32,000 bases of DNA from an uncultured bacterium (GTDB lineage Bacteria > Auribacterota > JACPWU01), in the NCBI GenBank assembly GCA_964640155.1, contig CAZXEQ010000003.1, positions 325,498-357,497 of the forward strand, in the 5' to 3' direction. A program made the translations under genes and the position numbers. The notes beneath the pieces are model-generated. The model searched no databases. It was not told the DNA's origin and worked only from the letters and a program-made list of their open reading frames with translations. Below are positions 29,801 through 32,000 of the stretch, in pieces (the stretch's first letter is position 1; each line of letters starts with the position of its first letter).

Positions 29801-30590
29801 TATTTTTAAGAAAGGACCTCATGGAGAGATTCTTTTTGCTTTTGAAGTGATGGTGCCCTGGGAAGAAAATGATAAATTAGATATACATGCTGATCAAAGA
29901 ATAGAAGTAGCGAATGTTTTGCAGGAGGGTTTTCCAGATAGAGAGTATTGCCCAAAGCCCCTTTTCTCAAAGGCTTTACCTAAAGGACAGTATGATCTTT
30001 ATGGTAGCACGACAGACATCAGGGATCAGGATGGGCCTCTTGCTGTTATGGCGTTCGATTATAAGGATGGGAAACGATTAAATAATGTTACCAAGGAAGA
30101 TTTTAGAACGTGGGCTGAAATAATGGGATGTTCATTAGAAGATTTAGCAGAAGATATTATTAAACAAACGGCAGAATTATTAGCAGCCCTTCATCGAATG
30201 GGATATGTAGGGCAAAGTAGACGGATACGTGGCTCGGATTGTCATATTGGTAATATTCGTATAGTTTTTGATGCTAAACTTCAAAAGATAAAATTAGAGT
30301 GGGTGGGAGATTTTGCGTCGTTTCAGAAAATGGATCCGAAAGATTCTGATTTATTAGCCTGTGAATCATGGGATGTTTCGAACCTCATTGGTTATGATAG
30401 TATTCATGCTTTCTTTCCCGGACTTGTTAGTATTTTAACGATGTCAAAAGACGTGAAGATTTCAACAGGTCTTTTAATAAATATTTTTTCTCGCGCTTAT
30501 GGTCATTTTAGAGGCTATGGAGATCTATCCTTTAAAATTAAACCTCATGACCGGCCTAAAGCAGAATTTCAATTTGAGGCTGCCGCTTAA
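17787..30590 (+). CDS. Giant secreted multidomain protein (4,267 aa from ATG 17787; 4,276 aa if GTG 17760). Contains five kinase-like domains, a GT2 glycosyltransferase, two canonical domain X copies and a beta-rich region.
   Basis: The 12.8-kb frame is uninterrupted and ends at TAA 30588-30590. ATG 17787 is preceded by AGGGA (17771-17775) and yields MKKYFCKFITILLSLFLFFDFTTREAQLFA|S, an n-h-c signal peptide. The longest ORF starts at GTG 17760. Four internally paralogous ~250-aa domains keep conserved motifs in frame. Confidence 0.95.
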   Translation: MKKYFCKFITILLSLFLFFDFTTREAQLFASDSSDRLKAGEILKESIDFKISDFQKAPPVAIQGILTSFLKYFFLQSYEYSISLLTHRHISFQGIPVPSLFDEMMETLWELMREQEWKGLARRYMRELRLRLVEEHQGDVKKVQKELLRNIDIWEGNKLKLSQKKKGFAVLFESIDDEEEENSGLSQKEKDFFALLRQEALGQKGPAAQLLPEQLEKVIHRSMAHAKTVMKIFERFLQNQVAQVRPIYERAKVTHDEEIKAGELIFEILDFRPDFKRDPPDFSGQKFAEELFEKKIKNFGGRKYLFDQILFELRNLDDMDSRASLVLMHVLACFFKEDYLSKQGGVTLSREQFERLWRIYRSIDYDCAGVAMGCIAQVIYDPRIKVVGFTQDQIHSRAKKDFEIFLKRFIHNPNPRTYNLSIYWSQYFLTQDSEWLDEVIEKMNSFGRRSEKFNLILRGLLSKVCQDGKLRENINEFANKFIQPLDIAVSTNTPEDAWKAIWGTTDQPHLENAKKFLETVTSLRELYPYQLTSSDATPPLQFAIKNGIYFPIGGGLYVTPITQSFRRHTVFKLTNSGQVTFAFEVLIPGENTDRRLIATEQRWKVSSELLESFPLHNYCPTPLAMMDLPKGSYSLYGQEIEFSSKTPLSVMGFQYGEQEDGKRLDFITRPILDEIAKESGWDSDALSFEVAKQVTELTAATHALGYVGHNGKSSDHHTGNFRLILTGDRARPIKIKLVGDFEAFTKVSYEDQINKMGNDVNNIVPRLSLILDMDAEKLKKMFEEARDLPHIREVSDRKRKESLKNDFRALLVINPDNKDHLEELLASVNVRDCEQSVREQNNVITLGFFFEDEFLDKHGGLVLSQAQYDRLWKIYNEAAVAPEYAAMILGYISKVLNDDRISIEGQPDKKQVRKTSAQKIVSALEITSPTDNPKQAWKAIFGTTDQPHVQNTQKFIEMATLLRKIFPYELSKEDPRSPLKYALEEGIYFPIGGGLFMTPVTESFRRHMVFKLDDEGQVLFAFEVMIPGEEDYRRDIGAEKRWKVATDIIQNFPDEEYCIVPIEKAVLPSATYLLYGKSVSINASQSLCIMGFEYGKQEDGKGVFDEDGKRLEFVTRAMVNEIAKEAGWEPEALALEIARQVAELTAATHVLGYVGHINEGDERDGFTRCDHHTGNFRLIVRKGKDVPIKVKLVDDFRSFRKISFEEKATAVFVDHAHIVIGIPDISMIGLSEILYLSEIDLLGMFEEAENKQILSKIKNLGKGEFFIDYGKRKDDLKTIFRNYIMTMSYKEHFRNQLLDAILQESTESFAIENLLQILSFFFDEEFLPEPQKVVLTPEQYTKMWKIYEKVENDRDNAFVILDCLGKILSDERIIVSGWVQKSEGYSLMQGKFKRFLDQKRVDPKFQTRGFGFVGVATTPWVNFFIRAGVDAVEALDVPWDNMLLDGLIYPLCQEPVMKAIRQRLLKQIVPGSYKFDVKPVIPGIDGSPTEIFGDGSIQQNGFPTETLGNDRVVEALQAIFGTQEHPNIENSREFFRVATLLRKVFPYELSKDDPRPPLQYAIEEGIYFEIAPGLYMTPITESFRRHIIFKMTEPGKVDFACEVLIPGELEDRRDFAINMRKKVSSNLKEVFGDEYCVETIFDVQFPYGKYQMYGDEIIFNEKTPLNLLAYAYEDGKRMEFLTQDMLIKLADKMQIRIEDLEMKIARKAASCVAATHALGYVGRKDKYATSETGAEFVIGTRFDHHLGNFRLIVKKEDKKITIDVELVGDFGAFRDSTHLQRAEAFRKQDIRAVVEGENRFPGLVKLLNISKEKLYEIFEQEQRRLNTEVRDLSEMGGLAARPLGPGFSGLPDSLEESPYRPVIEEKMDKKQFKSASFSNGKFSSSQVMHEKTGTEIGQSVTGDNLDFLNNVEFSSEDRKALEGLTIIFIDGLDEAVKKKAIELGLTILEDCKGAHYGISRPQIYLDASLLDPTNKEDLIRQLHHEVQERKAVLDILNSHFKNWKEHRNNADVQDVIEIFANAKHRDLMREEGRVPEEERLDKNILQLSIIDLEKQGYKQVDSVGPHQFTVWEKDGERVLVKARDSDLWFYPLMEFAAARFARKLGVKNVNKVHLGSPKHPNQIFSSIIEVFEDSTPLLSSSFFDPTPPSELVQKHSVLANLWPNSIDHKAWLEVMDDPHKFIESDIFRVFWGWLDPMPAKNVLVRKNREKWQMRFIDFAPSPVQFFCSAHGYLEAHEESIRKHGMGLIMKIAELTNEEIYQLVDEILPETLSANKQIPSEGMWALESVRQGMIIKLIHNRNIFREWFQKQPEYEVRQRELREQETRKIIQDGGVIEEGISVVCPVYRELENGNFFRLIESFTNQTAVTGNYELLLLINNMPGIKGPVFDENQRTLLIANFLENLDPNAAEPECLSRYSEEQKEIIRKARKIGLKVKVRDFSTQGIERNIGLIRDKGVQEVIAEYVKETGGDRVVAMMDADTIVSSNYVENILVHFSDPNLNYLHLDLDFQVTGEGVDEAFYHTLYHERWPGISRSFLSCLGNQPGGISPTIVARASALKKVGGVPHKAFNEDGELIGNLVHLGGYRLAHDVQAVTADRKRADGYNSASRGSGGAQMSPSSLLRLLDFLLLKSHKNSPPEIEAFLKMPEDYYEDRVERLISPRESLDLETIKFLRRYLSSDELDELEKRIQIERDKHEVLRKRLSAAVHVIVQNVLQNKDKQNWFEGVSDPEVLAFFKMNAHWVYKRIQDSRHLIVSPEAVLGYLEENFPDWFKPYDETRLKRQVTNIHVIINFLNEARNRSKAFPTTNLLLKVLEGKISLSEFLKTLPPKQIKTSDEGATFKFPGALALEKRDDWDIDFMYFLRKDAPVVDAQDKHLQTAIHYINEQVRGPRKEKSVDQKKIVLHAIDAKYQGKPLLGIPIFPNAYLPQDLLLVYGQEDEDDGALHIYITKAFWEKVSLEESAGFYTKALAEAIDHEWFEEREATRADLGRQTQHRRASERARFFTRDGQVSPLHQICFQMLTTSPFSEWKEWAKALLKENRKGNKSNEVNAYEKIFLENLKRVLLGQGKEGLALLVEHEGLPKEIVSLFNKPFREWRSLAKEIFYNSSDKVALSADADRLKTNFSKEFLIDLIIGQGEEGIVFLHKLIRPEKDGGISQSNIELRKYIWERIKSVSFEGKEVKVIQKTASRKPYDLPEDQVLFKGQLPQSGVLKLKSFEFEFKNFVGSDYELEFKDGFPIRIFFLNENVAFEFFPIIDRQTGRVITVHRGKISQKEFAGYDDVIVMTDLDSSGYLSIGGSPPVYDSSGALIGKKLIRARFNEHSDARVRVAVKRGIIHRCTSADSELDEEFTLIWSKSRQCYISWFSEKMYEEDFNCLNEDHEIHRCRLTDGVLNMGGEKNRITFLGHPELKRANVFDIRNPTGKKAFIVGAHLMDGERVVQTKKLSLVYTVASKPSKEMFEKEQLMGVFEHQRPTNLELGEGEKLKDYIISELRIEGAILTVNKRKLELGQYFPNAEVEVRVIDGEPRYLKFVKDRDENSVLDKDGQPLIIDLQKNIRQQMMEKAALSVEGPQSTSGSQGFSGLTDSLEESPYRPIIEEKMSKEQFKSASFSNGKFSETQVTHEKTKEKIGQSVTVSELDFLNEVELSTEDRDALKGLKIIFIDGLDEAVKAKAIELDLSPPEDCKGAHYGISRPQIYLDTNLLDPANKEGLMRQLYHEVQERKTVIKALDEKYPNWRTQRKQREYADEINLFIESTAAEAHDRLEAEEKDAIDFIPELLEVVDFYRNQLIENAACISLLQRDLKEIFNRRVLPAKNKHELFSRVLAMYEKEGYAVIPILHLICSEVFLSRTSFNVTVQEYERLFPILGRALTFREKYFAAQVLNCIRTILVDKRIRMEAAFDKGKALEKWEHEMGGFFDPALRFEMPDKIENEEQAWNVIFGNKHNEKTFLELVTRYRKFYSFRISNLDHRPPLQYALEEGIYFRIGPDLYVTPITQSFRRHIIFKKGPHGEILFAFEVMVPWEENDKLDIHADQRIEVANVLQEGFPDREYCPKPLFSKALPKGQYDLYGSTTDIRDQDGPLAVMAFDYKDGKRLNNVTKEDFRTWAEIMGCSLEDLAEDIIKQTAELLAALHRMGYVGQSRRIRGSDCHIGNIRIVFDAKLQKIKLEWVGDFASFQKMDPKDSDLLACESWDVSNLIGYDSIHAFFPGLVSILTMSKDVKISTGLLINIFSRAYGHFRGYGDLSFKIKPHDRPKAEFQFEAAA
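19275..20017 (+). other. Atypical protein-kinase-like domain K1 (ORF-B)
   Basis: G-loop-like YFPIGGGLYVTP and beta3-like HTVFKL. Catalytic-loop-like DHHTGNFRL (19929-19955; the D-to-N spacing matches the kinase D..N). DFG-like LVGDFEAF (19997-20017). A helical lead-in begins around 18780 (FFKEDYL...QFERLWRIY). Confidence 0.6.
20592..21382 (+). other. Atypical protein-kinase-like domain K2 (ORF-B)
   Basis: YFPIGGGLFMTP, HMVFKL, DHHTGNFRL (21294-21320) and LVDDFRSF (~21362-21382). The lead-in begins around 20326 (FFFEDEFL...QYDRLWKIY). Confidence 0.6.
22329..23105 (+). other. Atypical protein-kinase-like domain K3 (ORF-B)
   Basis: YFEIAPGLYMTP (G-loop degenerate), HIIFKM, DHHLGNFRL (23013-23039) and LVGDFGAF (23085-23105). 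The lead-in begins around 21741 (FFFDEEFL...QYTKMWKIY) and carries a ~130-aa insertion. Confidence 0.6.
23322..23808 (+). other. Domain X, copy 2 (ORF-B)
   Basis: GFSGLPDSLEESPYRPVIEEKM...IIFIDGLDE (23563-23589)...EDCKGAHYGISRPQIYLD...LHHEVQERK (23730-23756)...KNWKEHR. Confidence 0.7.
23931..24470 (+). other. Divergent kinase-like domain K5 (ORF-B)
   Basis: QFTVWEKDGERVLVKARD (beta1-3 with Lys), LMEFAAARFARKLG (alphaC-like Glu), IIEVFEDSTPL (hinge-like), LDPMPAKNVLV (D 24369-24371, N 24387-24389) and MRFIDFA (24429-24443). It is unrelated in sequence to K1-K4. Confidence 0.4.
24801..25600 (+). other. GT-A fold family-2-like glycosyltransferase domain (ORF-B)
   Basis: ISVVCPVYRELENGNFFRLIESFTNQT..YELLLLINN matches the GT2 N-terminal signature (vSViiP.YNe....l.Sl..Qt..yEiivvdd). 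The DxD motif is MMDADT (DAD 25218-25226). NEDGELIGNL..GGY resembles the GT2 ED..L motif. Confidence 0.7.
26480..26760 (+). other. Possible degenerate domain X-like segment (ORF-B)
   Basis: VLHAIDAKYQG...GALHIYITKAFWEKV...LAEAIDHEWFEEREA (26709-26735) keeps the order (h-h-ID ... H-IY ... HE..ERE) but lacks the DCxG cysteine. Confidence 0.25.
26859..27262 (+). repeat. Tandem ~67-aa duplication (ORF-B)
   Basis: SPFSEWKEWAKALL...FLENLKRVLLGQGKEGLALLVEHEG versus KPFREWRSLAKEIF...FSKEFLIDLIIGQGEEGIVFLHKLI. The second copy starts at 27060. Confidence 0.55.
27300..28480 (+). other. Beta-rich region with weak internal repeats, unknown function (ORF-B)
   Basis: The composition shifts from the helical E/K/L-rich scaffold to short alternating hydrophobic/polar stretches. 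Examples are LKSFEFEFKNFVGSDYELEFKDGFPIRIFF; GYLSIGGSPPVYDSSGALIGKKLIRARF; GVLNMGGEKNRITFLGHPELKRANVFDI; GAILTVNKRKLELGQYFPNAEVEVRVIDG. Confidence 0.35.
28527..29012 (+). other. Domain X, copy 3 (ORF-B)
   Basis: GFSGLTDSLEESPYRPIIEEKM...IIFIDGLDE (28767-28793)...EDCKGAHYGISRPQIYLD...LYHEVQERK (28934-28960)...PNWRTQR. About three quarters of residues are identical to copy 2 by eye. Confidence 0.7.
29598..30323 (+). other. Atypical protein-kinase-like domain K4 (ORF-B, C-terminal)
   Basis: YFRIGPDLYVTP, HIIFKK, DCHIGNIRI (30237-30263) and WVGDFASF (30303-30323). The lead-in begins around 29319 (SEVFL...VQEYERLF). Confidence 0.55.
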
Positions 30591-30620
30591 AAAGAGTTTT
30601 AGAGTAATAACCCTAAGTTA

Positions 30621-30629
30621 TGCTACAAT
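30621..30629 (+). promoter_or_regulatory. Possible extended -10 element (TGcTACAAT)
   Basis: TG at 30621-30622 and TACAAT at 30624-30629. No good -35 is present (AGAGTA at the expected spacing). It would place a transcription start within a few nt of ATG 30639, giving a nearly leaderless transcript. Confidence 0.2.
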
Positions 30630-30638
30630 GCGATACAT

Positions 30639-30845
30639 ATGCGAATGAACAGAAAATCAATTAAGTATTATGATTGGGAAGAAACCAGATCAGAACAGGT
30701 TTCTCCAATGACCTCAGAAAAATGGTTTTTAACTCCCCGCAATGTTTCTCAGATTGATCTTTCTGCATTGAAGAAAGAAGTTAAATTAAAAGCCCCAAAA
30801 CAGGCTTCTTCAACCGCCAGGGGAAGAAGTCGGGTATCTGCTTGA
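30639..30845 (+). CDS. Small hypothetical protein (68 aa), doubtful
   Basis: ATG..TGA ORF in the intergenic space after ORF-B. It is basic and Ser/Lys-rich with no recognisable motif. No Shine-Dalgarno is visible. The only support is an extended -10-like TGCTACAAT 10 nt upstream of the ATG. Confidence 0.3.
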   Translation: MRMNRKSIKYYDWEETRSEQVSPMTSEKWFLTPRNVSQIDLSALKKEVKLKAPKQASSTARGRSRVSA

Positions 30846-30960
30846 ATCCTCTTTTCAGCTTTCTTTACTTTCCTTAATCTAGCCATAACTACAACATAAC
30901 TAAAATTTCATATCTTCTGTAATTAATTCTTCTGGAATATGTTAAACAGTTCAATTCTTT

Positions 30961-30989
30961 TTGACAAATACCATTTTATATGCTATATT
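30961..30989 (+). promoter_or_regulatory. Sigma70-like promoter for the downstream gene
   Basis: TTGACA (30961-30966), a 17-nt spacer, then TATATT (30984-30989). It sits in an AT-rich intergenic region about 37 nt upstream of the GTG at 31026. Confidence 0.5.
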
Positions 30990-31025
30990 TTTGGGTCGAT
31001 AAATTTAAGGAATTCCTACAGGCGC

Positions 31026-32000
31026 GTGAGAACTTCTTTTAGTGGCATTTATAGCAGAATACTTATTTCTCTTCTTTCCTTCACTGTAGGATTTGACAGT
31101 AGTCTTTTATCACAAGTAACGGCACGCTCCTCAAAACCAGTTTCTCTTCCAGAGAATCTTAAAAACTCCGAAATTTCTTTATCCCTTCAAAACCTTATTT
31201 TACCTGGCATGCAAAATGGCAAAACATTTAAAGGGCATGGCGAGAGTCAATTTATATTGATTCGTGACTTACACTGCCAAGAAGAAGCTCAAATTAAAAT
31301 AGCTCAAGGAATAGAATTACTAAACAAGAAACATGGTGTTAAACAGGCATTGATAGAGGGAGCTGAGGGACTTGTTCGAACAGGGCTTTATAGCAGCTTT
31401 CCTGATGACAAAATACGCCAGCAAGTAGCCAGTGAATTCTTAAAAGAAGGATATTTGAGTGGGGCAGAGTATGCGGCGATTAAAATGGGGAAGAACGCTG
31501 ATTTAACACTTTATGGGGTTGAAGATGCTTCTTTATACATTGAGAACTTTAGGGCTTTCCGAAACACAAGAAAACTTTATCAATCTAAGCTTAAATCTAT
31601 CAAAAAAATAGATGAATGGCTGAGAACCCTTAAGAAAGAAAAATACTCAAAAGAATTACTATCTTTAGATTCGGCATTAGAGAAGATCTGGAATGGAGAA
31701 ATAGATGTAGAGAGTTTGATCAATGGGGTAAAGAGTTTTGAATCTTATCAAGAACTCAAAGCATTAGAAGAATGGGAAAAAGTTTTTAAAGATTCAAAAG
31801 CGATTAATCCAGAGAAGATCCAAACATCATTAAGTTCTTTAATAAACCATCTTCAGAAGCAGCTTGTCCAAGAAGAAATGAAAGAAGTGATTCAATGGAC
31901 TTTAGAATATCGATTCGGCAAGATCAGAATTTCTGAATACCTCAGTCGATTAAAACAAAAAGCAGGTGAAGCAACATTCAATCAAGAATACCCCATTCTT
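31026..32000 (+). CDS. Hypothetical protein with an N-terminal hydrophobic signal/anchor, 3'-truncated by the window edge
   Basis: The frame is open for 325 codons from GTG 31026 to the window end. The frame is also stop-free upstream to at least nt 30960 with no ATG, so the GTG start is provisional. AAGGA at 31007-31011 lies upstream, and a TTGACA-N17-TATATT promoter is at 30961-30989. The N-terminus RTSFSGIYSRILISLLSFTVGF is hydrophobic. This ORF is missing from the supplied track because it has no stop inside the window. Confidence 0.75.
   Translation, partial: MRTSFSGIYSRILISLLSFTVGFDSSLLSQVTARSSKPVSLPENLKNSEISLSLQNLILPGMQNGKTFKGHGESQFILIRDLHCQEEAQIKIAQGIELLNKKHGVKQALIEGAEGLVRTGLYSSFPDDKIRQQVASEFLKEGYLSGAEYAAIKMGKNADLTLYGVEDASLYIENFRAFRNTRKLYQSKLKSIKKIDEWLRTLKKEKYSKELLSLDSALEKIWNGEIDVESLINGVKSFESYQELKALEEWEKVFKDSKAINPEKIQTSLSSLINHLQKQLVQEEMKEVIQWTLEYRFGKIRISEYLSRLKQKAGEATFNQEYPIL

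Noticed and set aside
1-30590. NRPS/PKS megasynthase interpretation of the giant ORFs (prompted by their size and by the methyltransferase).
   Set aside because: I found no condensation HHxxxDG, adenylation core motifs, carrier-protein (L/I)GxDS, ketosynthase DTACSS or acyltransferase GHSxG signatures anywhere in either frame.
1-30590. An alternative genetic code (TGA as a sense codon) as an explanation for the very long ORFs.
   Set aside because: The ORFs are already open under the standard bacterial code. Both end in TAA, and the small ORF ends in TGA. Nothing requires recoding.
31200-31400. A ChaN/Tiki/TraB-like motif in the last gene (FILIRDLHCQEEAQIKIAQGIELL resembling the GExH...H haem-uptake/Tiki signature).
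   Set aside because: The defining GExH is replaced by RDLH. The similarity is short, the gene is truncated, and the evidence is too weak to call.
1-32000. tRNA, rRNA, CRISPR arrays, IS elements/transposases, integrases and terminal inverted repeats.
   Set aside because: No direct-repeat/spacer periodicity was seen. There are no transposase or integrase motifs in any long frame and no cloverleaf-like GC-rich segments. The only non-coding stretches are 17680-17786 and 30591-31025.

Overview
The window is AT-rich (about 35-40% GC by eye), uses bacterial-style signals, and has all credible genes on the + strand. Two adjacent giant ORFs fill about 95% of the 32 kb. ORF-A (1..17679) is open to the left window edge, shows at least 5,892 codons, and must start upstream. 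ORF-B (17787..30590, or GTG 17760) is about 4,270 aa with a Sec-type signal peptide. The two are 80-107 nt apart with no visible terminator, so they are probably co-transcribed. Both are mosaics of helical or TPR-like scaffold, protein-level repeat arrays and enzyme-like domains. In ORF-A I recognise a class I SAM methyltransferase, a RelA/SpoT-type HD (ppGpp-hydrolase-like) domain with no synthetase, two paralogous ~530-aa modules, ten ~120-aa repeats and a Pol-beta-type nucleotidyltransferase motif. In ORF-B I recognise four paralogous atypical kinase-like domains, a fifth divergent kinase-like domain fused to a GT2 (DxD) glycosyltransferase, and a beta-rich region. An unrecognised ~165-aa domain ('X': GFSGL...FIDGLDE...DCxGxHYGxSRPQIYLD...HHExxER) occurs once in ORF-A and twice in ORF-B, each time just upstream of an enzyme-like 'cargo'. 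I read this as a two-gene, modular effector- or toxin-like megaprotein system of unknown function. This is an inference; giant genes like these are known from uncultivated or host-associated, predatory or symbiotic bacteria, but I cannot assign a taxon. Downstream lie a doubtful 68-aa ORF, a good sigma70-like promoter (TTGACA-N17-TATATT) and a 3'-truncated gene for a signal/anchor-bearing hypothetical protein. I saw no tRNA, rRNA, CRISPR, IS or transposase. All domain calls come from motif reading by eye and need HMM or structure confirmation.
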